Under the pieces are notes generated by a model. That model did not search any database and had not been told where the DNA came from. It saw only the letters and a list, made by a program, of their open reading frames with translations. From NCBI GenBank assembly GCA_964641355.1, contig CAZXND010000002.1:70615-134614 (forward strand): DNA of 64,000 nt. The letters run 5' to 3'. The translations under genes were made by a program, and so were the position numbers. Position 1 is the stretch's first letter, and every line of letters starts with the position of its first letter. This document shows positions 45,853 to 55,469 of this stretch, one piece after another. Source of the DNA: an uncultured Gammaproteobacteria bacterium (GTDB lineage Bacteria > Patescibacteriota > Microgenomatia > Levybacterales > GWA1-39-11).

Positions 45853-48139
45853 TTGTATTTAAAAAAGATATTATTATTAATGATATTAAACTACCCAAGA
45901 CAACCAAGGTTATTATCCAACCGAACCAAAAGTATTTTTGATCTTCTAGATAAATCGAGCCTTCTATTTTTTTATTTGCATTGTTTTGAGCAGGGATAAC
46001 CCAACCATTTGCATATCCATTAATAATCATGTGTTTTTCGATCTGATCATTTCCAATCTTAACCTTCCATCCGTTGTGATAGGAGTGCTGTAAGACGATT
46101 AGCATATCATTGGTGAGATTACCGGAAATTATAAACTTATAACTCACAGGGTTAACTTCTATAAATTCTAAATTTATCTTAGACTTGTGATAATTCCTAC
46201 ATAGACTTCCGATAAAACTGCAATTTTTTTTGTTAACAAACACACTTGCCATACTTTTTCCGTATTTTAATCTGTCACTTGTGTAAACATCGTTCGGAAT
46301 AAAGATTGTAGGGTTGTAAAATTCACTTCTTAATTCATAAATTGTGTAGTGTCCCTTTTTAAATAAAAATTTTAATGGAAAGTTACTTAAGTATTTTTTA
46401 TACTCTTTTTGCGTCTTAGGCATAGAAGTCATCATATACCCATAAGAACCGGGGTTAAACCCTTTTTCATAAGCCATAGGGTCATTATTATAAAGCACGT
46501 ATCTGACATTTAACGTATTTAGAATTTGAATAAGCTTTGCATAATTTTTTTCTCTCGTGTACTTTAAAAACTCTTCTGCGTAGGGAGAGTTGTTTTTATA
46601 ACCTAAATCTTGATATCCCACGAAACTATATTTGCTAGTTAAATGCAATATTGTTGATGGCCCTTCATACGCCCCTCCATTTTTACCGCTAATAACCTGT
46701 CTAAAAAAATCTGTTAATGGAAATACTATGATCTTTCCATCTTTTGGTAATTTATCTATAAATGAAAGAGTTTCTATATAATTAGTATCCATTTCAAAAA
46801 CAGTTCTTACAGAATTGGATCCCCGAATATAAACATTATTGATGACATCACCAAACAAAAGAGAATGTCCAATAACTATGAGTATAATAATTAAACCAAA
46901 GAAGAAAAGTTTGACATAAACCACTTTTAACTTTTCAAAAATATAATAGACTGAGAAACTCAATACAATTGAGTAAAAAAAGATATATACGTACATCCAC
47001 TGAGTATAAAAGTTGCGAAACATAGCAAAACCTGGAAGATAAAATAGTTTTTTATAAATTTCATATCCCAAATCAGTAATATTGGCTGTAACAAGAAAAA
47101 AAGTAACAATAAGGAATATAAAAATTAGTAAAAACTCTTTTCTCTTATTAATAAACAATCCAACTGTTACTATTAAAGGAAAGACTACAACACCTACAAT
47201 CGAGAACTCTCTTTTTTCGGGCGGGAGAAATAAACTTATTGCAGCCTTTCCATGTTGATGAATTGCTTCAAAATAACCAACTCCCTCGGCTAAAATTGAT
47301 CTTTTATCTACTACCAATGTGTTCCCAATACTCCCTTTTTCGAAAAATGAAAAAATTTCCCCCAATAAGTGAAATGCGTGTAATAAAATAAAGAAAACAG
47401 TTCCTACTACGAGCCCTTTCCAGGGAAAAGGGTACTTACCAAAAAATAAGAAATATAGAATTAAGAAAAATATTGATATGGGGTAAAAAGAGAATAACGG
47501 CGGAGCTGAACCAAGAAGACTGAAATTTGTTGAGAAAACAAATGAAATTAATATTGCAATCCATAAATAGATATATTTTTTTGTAGTGAAAAACTTAAGT
47601 AAAAAGAAAAAAACTGCTGGGTTTAGGAAAATTTGATCATGTGTAAAAAGAGGTCTATCCCAAAAAAATGCCATATTTAGAGAAGTAAAAGAGACGGTAT
47701 AGAAAATTCCTGAAATGATGCTTGAATATTTTGCTTTCCATTTATCAAACTTCGTTAGCTGAGAAATTAACGTAAATGAAATAAAGTAAACAAATATAAA
47801 CCCACCTGAAAGCTTTATAGAGTTAAATAAATTTATAGTAGATGTTGTCGATAAAAAATTTCTCAAAATACTGATAACGATTACGTAGGGGATGTAAAAG
47901 TACTTTGGTTCCACTATTCCCTTCCCTTGTCCTGAAATATCAAAAACTGCAGTATATTTTAAGAAACTTATAGGGTCATAAAAATATAGTCTATTAGCAT
48001 CGCCTCCCAAATTTAATTCTCCAGGCTTTAACCAAAAGAGAGGCACCACAAAAAAAATAATTGCGATCGAAATAAAGACTTTATTTTGCAGAATTAATTT
48101 TGTTATTTTTTTACCAATCATTTTTGAATAATTATACAT
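45842..48139 (-). CDS. Large polytopic membrane protein, paralog family member (GT-C/YfhO-like candidate)
   Basis: 765 aa. VPLFWLKPGELNLGGDANRLYFYDPISFLKY N-terminal motif. C-terminal INGYANGWVI...TM anchor. Confidence 0.5.
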   Translation of the reverse strand: MYNYSKMIGKKITKLILQNKVFISIAIIFFVVPLFWLKPGELNLGGDANRLYFYDPISFLKYTAVFDISGQGKGIVEPKYFYIPYVIVISILRNFLSTTSTINLFNSIKLSGGFIFVYFISFTLISQLTKFDKWKAKYSSIISGIFYTVSFTSLNMAFFWDRPLFTHDQIFLNPAVFFFLLKFFTTKKYIYLWIAILISFVFSTNFSLLGSAPPLFSFYPISIFFLILYFLFFGKYPFPWKGLVVGTVFFILLHAFHLLGEIFSFFEKGSIGNTLVVDKRSILAEGVGYFEAIHQHGKAAISLFLPPEKREFSIVGVVVFPLIVTVGLFINKRKEFLLIFIFLIVTFFLVTANITDLGYEIYKKLFYLPGFAMFRNFYTQWMYVYIFFYSIVLSFSVYYIFEKLKVVYVKLFFFGLIIILIVIGHSLLFGDVINNVYIRGSNSVRTVFEMDTNYIETLSFIDKLPKDGKIIVFPLTDFFRQVISGKNGGAYEGPSTILHLTSKYSFVGYQDLGYKNNSPYAEEFLKYTREKNYAKLIQILNTLNVRYVLYNNDPMAYEKGFNPGSYGYMMTSMPKTQKEYKKYLSNFPLKFLFKKGHYTIYELRSEFYNPTIFIPNDVYTSDRLKYGKSMASVFVNKKNCSFIGSLCRNYHKSKINLEFIEVNPVSYKFIISGNLTNDMLIVLQHSYHNGWKVKIGNDQIEKHMIINGYANGWVIPAQNNANKKIEGSIYLEDQKYFWFGWIITLVVLGSLISLIIISFLNTNEK

Positions 48140-48148
48140 TAGATTCTA

Positions 48149-49303
48149 TTGATAACAAAAAATCGCTATAGTATACTAGGCATCAATTCAGAGATGAACA
48201 TATTGATATTCAATTGGAGAGATCCCAAACACAGGTGGGCAGGCGGAGGAGAAATGTATGTTTTTGAGCAAGCTAAAAGATGGGCAAAAACAGGACATAA
48301 AGTTACAGTTTTCTGTGGAGAAGATATAGACAATAAACTTCCAGAATTCGAAATATCAAATGGAATAACCATACATAGAAAAGGGGGAAGATATAGTTTG
48401 TACTTATGGGCAATTTGGTACTACTTTAAGAAATTAAGAAAAAATGCAGATATAGTTATAGACGTGGAAAATGGAATACCTTTTTTTACCCCACTCTTTA
48501 CTAGATTACCCAAACTCTGTATCGTTTACCACGTTCATGGAAAACAATTTTTCTATGAGCTTCCACCAGTAATTAGTCATGTTGGATACATAATAGAAAA
48601 ATATATTTTTCCACTCTTATATAGAAAGGTCAACATTATAGCGATATCGAAGACTACTGAAAAGGAGCTTATCAAATTAGGTTTTAACAGGAAAAATATT
48701 AGAATTATATATTCAGGCATTACAGACTCAAAAAAGGATAAGAGTAAATACTCAAAAAAATTTGCTTCTCCAACCATTCTTTATCTCGGAAGAATTAAGA
48801 AATACAAAAGAGTTGGATTATTGGTAAAAATTTTTCCAGATATTGTTAAAAAAATTCCCAATGCGAACTTAATAATTGCCGGATGGGGAACAGAGGCAGC
48901 AAATCTAACAGATAATATAATGAGAAATTCTTTAAGAAAAAAAATAAAATTATTGGGACCTGTTGGTGAAAGAGAGAAAAAATATCTACTATCAAAATCA
49001 TGGATATTTGTTAACCCTTCCATTGGAGAGGGTTGGAGCATTGCTGTAATTGAAGCCAACCTGCATGGAACACCTGCAATTTCATTTAAAGTCCCTGGTC
49101 TATCAGAATCTATAAAACATTTAAAAACAGGCTTACTTGCAAAAAATGAAAGTGACTTAATTGAAAAAATTTGCAGCATCTTAAAAGATAAGAAAATCAG
49201 AAATAGATTGAGCTATAACGCCCGTGAGTTTGCGGTAGGTTTTGACTGGAACACCTCAGCAAATAAAACACTACTATTAATTGATAAATTAGCTAAAAAA
49301 TAA
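48149..49303 (+). CDS. Glycosyltransferase family 4. True start is probably the internal Met at about 48194.
   Basis: 384 aa. MNILIFNWRDPKHRWAGGGEMYV. C-terminal PSIGEGWSIAVIEANLHGTPAISFKVPGL. Confidence 0.8.
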   Translation: MITKNRYSILGINSEMNILIFNWRDPKHRWAGGGEMYVFEQAKRWAKTGHKVTVFCGEDIDNKLPEFEISNGITIHRKGGRYSLYLWAIWYYFKKLRKNADIVIDVENGIPFFTPLFTRLPKLCIVYHVHGKQFFYELPPVISHVGYIIEKYIFPLLYRKVNIIAISKTTEKELIKLGFNRKNIRIIYSGITDSKKDKSKYSKKFASPTILYLGRIKKYKRVGLLVKIFPDIVKKIPNANLIIAGWGTEAANLTDNIMRNSLRKKIKLLGPVGEREKKYLLSKSWIFVNPSIGEGWSIAVIEANLHGTPAISFKVPGLSESIKHLKTGLLAKNESDLIEKICSILKDKKIRNRLSYNAREFAVGFDWNTSANKTLLLIDKLAKK

Positions 49304-50133
49304 TGTTTGGAAAAGAATATCATAATAAACTTGACCTTCTTATCAACTCTTACAAGGACTTGAATCCTGATAGAAAGAAACAATTACCAAATGATTCTTT
49401 GTCAAAAAAATTATATGTAAAGATTTTTGGCATTCCTGAAATCGGATTTCAAATAAGAAGCATGTATTTCAAACAAATGTGTTTGTCAAAAAAAACTAAC
49501 CCATCTATCAGTAGGATCCTAGATGCTGGTTGTGGAATAGGTTTGCATACCTTCTTTCTTTCAAAGTTTTTTCCTACAGCAAACGTTACTGGAGCAGACA
49601 TCGATCAATTTAAACTCTCCTGTTGTAAGAAAATAAAAAGAGAATTAAGAATTAAAAATGTTAGTTTTGAATATATGGATTTGAGTAAACCTAGCAAAAA
49701 AAATAACTACGATTTAATCCTCAATATTGACGTATTAGAACACATTAAAAATTACAAACAAGCAATTAGATCAATTAGAAGATTGATGAAGACAGGTGGA
49801 TATTTATTCATCCACGTTCCACAAACCAATCAAAGAAGAATCTTTAAACAACTTAAAAACTGGCATCATGATGATCATGTTAGAGAAGGCATTTCCAAAC
49901 AAGAGCTAATCAAATTTTTAATGGAATCCGGATTCAAAATTATTTCAACAAAGGAAACTTTTGGCTTTTTTGGAAAAATAGCATGGGAACTAAACCATAT
50001 GAGCTTATCAAAAAATGTTGTTATAGCTGCAATAGCTTTCCCACTACTCTATACTATTGCTTCTTTTGATATATTAGTTAAAAATAGGCATGGACTTGGT
50101 ATAGCTGTGCTCGCACAAAAAAAACATGACTAA
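49303..50133 (+). CDS. Class I SAM-dependent methyltransferase with C-terminal hydrophobic segment
   Basis: 276 aa. ILDAGCGIGLHT motif I and DVLEHI motif. C-terminal VVIAAIAFPLLYTIASFDILV. Confidence 0.7.
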   Translation: MFGKEYHNKLDLLINSYKDLNPDRKKQLPNDSLSKKLYVKIFGIPEIGFQIRSMYFKQMCLSKKTNPSISRILDAGCGIGLHTFFLSKFFPTANVTGADIDQFKLSCCKKIKRELRIKNVSFEYMDLSKPSKKNNYDLILNIDVLEHIKNYKQAIRSIRRLMKTGGYLFIHVPQTNQRRIFKQLKNWHHDDHVREGISKQELIKFLMESGFKIISTKETFGFFGKIAWELNHMSLSKNVVIAAIAFPLLYTIASFDILVKNRHGLGIAVLAQKKHD

Positions 50134-50971
50134 GAATCTAGTATCAATAATAATACCTACTAAAAATTCTTCATATCTTCTCGGTAACTGTCTAAAAAGT
50201 ATTAGAAACCAAAAATATAAAAAAATTGAAATAATTATTGTTGATGATGGTAAATCCAGAGATATTAACCAAATTAAAGTTTTGACCAAGAAATATAAAT
50301 GTACTTTATTGATTTACGATCCTAAGGTTAAACATGGATTATTTGACGCAACAAAAAAAAGAAATTATGCTGCTAAAAAAATATCTGGTGAGTATATTTA
50401 CCATGTAGATGCAGATATGGAAATGACTAGTAAAGTTATCGCAGAAGCGGTGGATAAATGTAAAAAAGGAGCAGATGCCATAATTATGACCGAAGAATCT
50501 TTTGGTGAAGGGCGGTGGGCTCAAGCAAAAATACTTGAAAGGAGATTTTTTTGGGGCGACAACACAGTTGAATCCCCAAGATTTTTTCTGACCGAGATCT
50601 GGAATGTACTCAAAGGATATGATATTAAAATTGCTGGTGGAGGAGATGATAGAGACATATATCAAAGAGCATTAAAAATGAAGTTTAAAGTTGATAGAAC
50701 AAAAAATTTCGTAATGCATAACGAAGGAAAGTTAAAATTGTTTTATTTAATGAAAAAACAATTCATGTATAAAAGAGAGGTACTGAAGTATGTCAGAAAA
50801 AGGGGGATAGCAAATGGTGTATTGAGTTTTTTTCCTGTCAGAAAGTCACACATTAAAAACTTAGGCATGTTTGTAAAAAATCCGAAAGTTAGTTTTTATT
50901 TTATAATAATGAAGTCCGCAGAGTCAGCAGCTGGTTTGGCTGGTGTTATTTATTCACTTTTTTCTAGTTGA
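50126..50971 (+). CDS. Glycosyltransferase family 2
   Basis: 281 aa. VSIIIPTKNSSYLLGNCLKSI...IIVDDGKS and a DAD-type DxD. Confidence 0.75.
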   Translation: MTKNLVSIIIPTKNSSYLLGNCLKSIRNQKYKKIEIIIVDDGKSRDINQIKVLTKKYKCTLLIYDPKVKHGLFDATKKRNYAAKKISGEYIYHVDADMEMTSKVIAEAVDKCKKGADAIIMTEESFGEGRWAQAKILERRFFWGDNTVESPRFFLTEIWNVLKGYDIKIAGGGDDRDIYQRALKMKFKVDRTKNFVMHNEGKLKLFYLMKKQFMYKREVLKYVRKRGIANGVLSFFPVRKSHIKNLGMFVKNPKVSFYFIIMKSAESAAGLAGVIYSLFSS

Positions 50972-51910
50972 AGTCTTAGAGATATATTTGTTTACTATCT
51001 CCTTCCAAGTCATAAACTCAATCCCCAATTTTTTTTCTGTCTCTCTAGCTCGAAGACCTCCATACTGAGGGTACCTATTTGGAACATTTTCCAAATATTT
51101 TACGATATCTATTCCTACAACATTTGACTTTTTATTTAACTTTTTAAGCAGATACGCCGCCAATTTTTTCGGTGTAAAAAGATCTTTACTTGCAACATGA
51201 AATACTCCCTCAACTTTTTTTTCAATTATTTTGTCTATTGTATTAAAAATCTCAGGAACGTATGTTAAGGTTAAAAACTGGTTTTTAAACATTGGATACA
51301 ACATGTTTTTATCAAATAAAAATTTAATCTTTCCTATATAGTCTAATTTAGGATCATAAATTGGTTGAGTAACATTTCCTATTCTGATAATAGCGGTTAA
51401 TTTTTTTCCCATTAAAAGTTGTTCTGCGTTAGCCTTTGTCCAACCATACCATGAAAGATTAAAAAGATTTAATTCTGGAACGTCCTTTTCTCGATAAGGT
51501 CCTTTGTATTCTTTTATACCCGGAAAAACCATATCGGTAGATATATGGATCAAAAAAATCCCATATTTTTGACTCATTTCTAGTAGGTTCTTAACGCCTA
51601 TGTAATTTGTTTTCCAAGCAGAGCCACTAACATCACCTCTTTGAAACTCTGCTGTATTAGCATCTCTATGAGCGGCAAAGTTGATAATGAAATCGGGGCG
51701 ATACTTTAATATTACATTTTTTAAACTTGTTTTATTAAGAATGTCCAACTTCTTATGACTAAAGGAAATTATTTTAAAATTTTTCTTTTTTGTATAATGC
51801 TTAATAAAGTTTGAACCTATAAAACCTTTGCCTCCTGTAACAAGGAGAGTATTACTGATTTTTTTATTTTTTTTCATTTTCTGACCTCTACAACCAAGTG
51901 AATCTTCCAA
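50954..51910 (-). CDS. SDR-family NAD(P)-dependent sugar nucleotide reductase, RmlD (dTDP-4-dehydrorhamnose reductase)-like
   Basis: 318 aa. LLVTGGKGFIGSNFIKHY. The ...RPDFIINFAAHRDANTAE pattern parallels the RmlD PDxVxNCAAYTAVDxAE region. Confidence 0.55.
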   Translation of the reverse strand: MEDSLGCRGQKMKKNKKISNTLLVTGGKGFIGSNFIKHYTKKKNFKIISFSHKKLDILNKTSLKNVILKYRPDFIINFAAHRDANTAEFQRGDVSGSAWKTNYIGVKNLLEMSQKYGIFLIHISTDMVFPGIKEYKGPYREKDVPELNLFNLSWYGWTKANAEQLLMGKKLTAIIRIGNVTQPIYDPKLDYIGKIKFLFDKNMLYPMFKNQFLTLTYVPEIFNTIDKIIEKKVEGVFHVASKDLFTPKKLAAYLLKKLNKKSNVVGIDIVKYLENVPNRYPQYGGLRARETEKKLGIEFMTWKEIVNKYISKTSTRKK

Positions 51911-52740
51911 GCACCGAAGGGAATTTTGTTAAATATTATAGTTTCAAGATACATTGGATACATCATCATAAAATCAAAAAAATAAAACCATATAGAGCGA
52001 ATCGCCATAAGCAATTTATTTTTATTGTTTGGTTTTGCAATTATATTACTGTTTGTGTATTCTTCAGATATCCTCTTTCCTAAAACCGTCTCTAACACAA
52101 ACTTGGGTAAAAAGTATATGACCAGATGAGATATTTGATAAAACCAATGTTCGCTATACCACTTATTAATAACTTTGAAACCACTTCTCTCTAAAGCATC
52201 TACAACATATCTGTACGTAAATTCTGGATGTATATAACCCATGTATTTATATGTAAGATCTTCTCCTCGCTTAATTCTATTAAAAATCCATGTATAGGTA
52301 AAAGCTTGTCCCTCACAAGGGATTATAAAATAAACTTTACCTTTGTTAACCGTAACTCTTTTAATTTCTTTTAGAAAAAACTCGATATCTGGAACATGTT
52401 CTAAAACATCGAAACAAATACAATAATTAAAAAAGCTGTTTTTATATGGCAACTTTTTATTTTTGATCGGTGCATATTTTATACTTCCACTACCAAACTT
52501 TTTAGCATAACTTATTGCACTGTGACTTACATCATACCCAAAGATTGAAAGCTTCGGATAATAGCAAGCCACCGCTTCTGTAAAGATTCCTCCGCCACAT
52601 CCCACATCCAAAAAGTTTCCCCTTTTTGCCTTAATGTTATTTACTAAAAATCTGAGTCTATAATCTTTATTGAAAGATATCTTATAATCATTGGGCTTAA
52701 AACTTCTTACACCCATAAAAGATTTTTCATAATCGAACAA
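51874..52740 (-). CDS. Class I SAM-dependent methyltransferase
   Basis: 288 aa. FLDVGCGGGIFTE motif I and FDVLEHV. Hydrophobic C-terminal segments. Confidence 0.7.
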   Translation of the reverse strand: MFDYEKSFMGVRSFKPNDYKISFNKDYRLRFLVNNIKAKRGNFLDVGCGGGIFTEAVACYYPKLSIFGYDVSHSAISYAKKFGSGSIKYAPIKNKKLPYKNSFFNYCICFDVLEHVPDIEFFLKEIKRVTVNKGKVYFIIPCEGQAFTYTWIFNRIKRGEDLTYKYMGYIHPEFTYRYVVDALERSGFKVINKWYSEHWFYQISHLVIYFLPKFVLETVLGKRISEEYTNSNIIAKPNNKNKLLMAIRSIWFYFFDFMMMYPMYLETIIFNKIPFGAWKIHLVVEVRK

Positions 52741-52751
52741 TTTTTTTTCAT

Positions 52752-53696
52752 TTATATATTTCTGTACTGATCTTGAACATCCAAAACCTCCGCAACTCTA
52801 ACCAATTCGTCTATTCCAGCTTCCATAGAAATAGATTTTTTAAATCCCAATTTTTCTAGTTTTTCGTAAGAAACTACATAGTCTCTTTGATCTAAATCCT
52901 TCCCAATCTCTGCGAAATGTAGGTAGTAGTCAACCTTTTTCTTTATCATTAAACAGATATCTTCTTTACTGTAGTTCATTGAATTATCACCCACATTGTA
53001 TATCTGCCCATTCATTTTTTTAAAATTATTAATTGCAAACATAAAAGCCCTTGCCATATCTCTAACATGTATGAAAGTCCTCATAAATTTCTTTTCATAA
53101 ACAATAAGACTTTTATCCTTAACAGCCTTATAGGTAAAATCATTTGGCATCAAATCCAATCTTAGTCTAGGAGAAGTTCCAAAAGCGGTAGCGAACCTAT
53201 AAATAATAAAGTTATTTCTTCTCATAATTAGTTCTTCAGCTTTAGCTTTTTGTAATCCATAGTTTGTCAAGGGGTTTAATGGCGTAGTCTCGGTGCATAT
53301 TTCATCTAGCATTTTCCCGTAAACACTTCCGGTCGAAGCAAAAAAAATAGGCACTTTCCCATCCATACAGGAAAGTAAGTTTTTAGTACCATTTATATTT
53401 ACATCTCTTGATAACTCAGGATATTTTCTACAAGCCGGGAATCCAACTACAGCCGCGAGGTGGATTACCAAATCAATATCTCTTAATGCCTCACGAACAC
53501 TTTTTTTATCCCTAATATCTCCCTTTATAAATTTAAAATTTTTTTCAGAAAAAAACGGAATAAGACTATTGCCACCAAAGACTAATGAGTCAAGAACAGT
53601 AACGTTAAATTTTTTCTTAAGTAGAAGATCGACAACTAAGCTGCCTACAAAACCAGCTCCTCCAGTTACAAGGATGTTATGAAACTTTTTTTTCAT
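52752..53696 (-). CDS. NAD-dependent nucleotide-sugar epimerase/dehydratase (extended SDR)
   Basis: 314 aa. ILVTGGAGFVGSLVVDLLLKK. YGLQKAKAE = YxxxK. Confidence 0.7.
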   Translation of the reverse strand: MKKKFHNILVTGGAGFVGSLVVDLLLKKKFNVTVLDSLVFGGNSLIPFFSEKNFKFIKGDIRDKKSVREALRDIDLVIHLAAVVGFPACRKYPELSRDVNINGTKNLLSCMDGKVPIFFASTGSVYGKMLDEICTETTPLNPLTNYGLQKAKAEELIMRRNNFIIYRFATAFGTSPRLRLDLMPNDFTYKAVKDKSLIVYEKKFMRTFIHVRDMARAFMFAINNFKKMNGQIYNVGDNSMNYSKEDICLMIKKKVDYYLHFAEIGKDLDQRDYVVSYEKLEKLGFKKSISMEAGIDELVRVAEVLDVQDQYRNI

Positions 53697-54504
53697 CGAT
53701 TAAATTAAGATATTTCTCCAAATATTCACTTGAGGATAAAATTGGAAATATTTTATTTATCTTTTCTACGTTCATTTCATAAATTTGTGTTTCGGCATTT
53801 TTCGAAAAATTAATTTTATCTTTAAAATATTTGTTTAACATTGAAAAATTTACAACTCCTCTTCCACCAATATTAAAAACTTCATTTGTTATTTTTTTAT
53901 TTAATAAAGATATAATAATTCTTGCAATATCGTGAGCGGTAATCATCTGGAGTTTAGATTCTTCAGAAATACGTAATGGAAGTTTATTAAAAATATCAAA
54001 AATTGGACCTTTTTTAAGACCAGTCCCCAATATTAAAGACGACCTAAGTATTAGATAACTAGGACAGTTATTTATAACAATTTTTTCACTTAAAAACTTG
54101 TGGAATCCGTATGGAGAAAGCTTTATATTAGAGGGGATACTATCTTCACTATTGACCGCGTTATCTTCATGATTCATATATACATCGCTTGAGGAAATAT
54201 AAATATAAAGGTTATAGTTAAAATCAAATAAAGATTTATAGACTGAAATTGTTGAAGCTTCAAAGTCTCCAATTATATTTTCGTTTGCCCAGAACCGTTT
54301 ACTATTCCCGTTAGCATTAATTATAATTTCAAACGACTTATTAACAAATTTTTTATAATTAGTTTTAGATATGGATGTAACTTCAAATTTTTTACTTAGG
54401 TATGCAACTAGATCCCTCCCCAACATCCCATCTCCACCAATAACAGCAATCTTCTTCAAGATAGTTAATATTTTATAGCTTTTTTGTAGTTCTTTGAGAA
54501 CCAA
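53677..54504 (-). CDS. SDR-like NAD(P)-binding reductase (RmlD-like)
   Basis: 275 aa. IAVIGGDGMLGRDLVAYL Rossmann motif. Length and layout resemble 4-ketoreductases of deoxysugar pathways. Confidence 0.5.
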   Translation of the reverse strand: MVLKELQKSYKILTILKKIAVIGGDGMLGRDLVAYLSKKFEVTSISKTNYKKFVNKSFEIIINANGNSKRFWANENIIGDFEASTISVYKSLFDFNYNLYIYISSSDVYMNHEDNAVNSEDSIPSNIKLSPYGFHKFLSEKIVINNCPSYLILRSSLILGTGLKKGPIFDIFNKLPLRISEESKLQMITAHDIARIIISLLNKKITNEVFNIGGRGVVNFSMLNKYFKDKINFSKNAETQIYEMNVEKINKIFPILSSSEYLEKYLNLIDEKKVS

Positions 54505-55430
54505 ACAACCGTTTCCTTAATTCCCTTGTCTATAGATGTTTTAGGCATCCATTTTAATTCCTTTTTCATTTTTCTTATCCCAAACGTTTTGTGAAGCGCA
54601 CCATCTGGCTTAGATTTATCAAAAACCAATTCCCCATCATATCCTATTGCTTTTTTTATCTTTTTTGCAAGATCTGCAACCGAAATCCCTACTCCAGTAG
54701 CGATATTTAATGGTTCAACATCATTAACTACAGCAGTCGCTCTCAAAATAGCCTCAGCTCCATCTTTAACAAAAAGCCAATCTCTTATTGGTTTCCCACT
54801 CCCCCACACTTCTACATGAGGTAATTTAAATTTTTTAGCTTCGTAGATCTTTTTAATTAGGCCTGCCAATGCCTTACTTTGCTCTGGGTTGAAATGTTCT
54901 CCCGGTCCGTACATATTCGCCATTATAAGATGGATAGAGTTGAAGTCGAATTGCTTTTTAAGCGCTAATCCATAAACAACGGAAGCTTTGCGAGAAAAAC
55001 CATAACTAAAAATACTGTCATGAATTCTTCCACTCCAATACTCATCCTCATTTAACTCTGGGAAATCAACATATCCAGGATAAGAACAGCCAGCAACTAT
55101 GTTTACAAATTTTTTTACCCCTACCTTCCGAGATGCATCCATCAAGTTCAATCCCATTGAAATATTATCCATAAATAGATCAGCTTGCCTTCCATCGTGA
55201 TAACCAATCCCTCCTTGATTTGCTGCACAATTTATCAATATATCCGGCTTTATAGTTTTTAAATATCTTAAACAATTACTTTTTTTTCTAAAGTCTATTC
55301 CCTCACTGGTTTTAGGAATATATATTTTTGCAGAAGACTTAGAGAGAAGACTTGCGATGTGTGAGCCGAAGAAACCTCCTCCACCCGCAATTACTACTTT
55401 CTTGTTATCAAAATAGTCCAGATAACTCAT
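54465..55430 (-). CDS. GDP-L-fucose synthase (Fcl)/GDP-L-colitose synthase (ColC)-family bifunctional 3,5-epimerase-4-reductase
   Basis: 321 aa. KVVIAGGGGFFGSHIASLL. INCAANQGGIGYHDGRQADLFMDNISMGLNLMDASRKVGVKKFVNIVAGCSYP parallels the conserved Fcl core (LxAAKVGGIxANxxxPADFxxxNxxIxxNVIxAA...KLLxLGSSCIYP). Confidence 0.6.
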   Translation of the reverse strand: MSYLDYFDNKKVVIAGGGGFFGSHIASLLSKSSAKIYIPKTSEGIDFRKKSNCLRYLKTIKPDILINCAANQGGIGYHDGRQADLFMDNISMGLNLMDASRKVGVKKFVNIVAGCSYPGYVDFPELNEDEYWSGRIHDSIFSYGFSRKASVVYGLALKKQFDFNSIHLIMANMYGPGEHFNPEQSKALAGLIKKIYEAKKFKLPHVEVWGSGKPIRDWLFVKDGAEAILRATAVVNDVEPLNIATGVGISVADLAKKIKKAIGYDGELVFDKSKPDGALHKTFGIRKMKKELKWMPKTSIDKGIKETVVWFSKNYKKAIKY

Positions 55431-55469
55431 AAATTTGATTTTATATGATAAAGTATAGAATTATACAAG

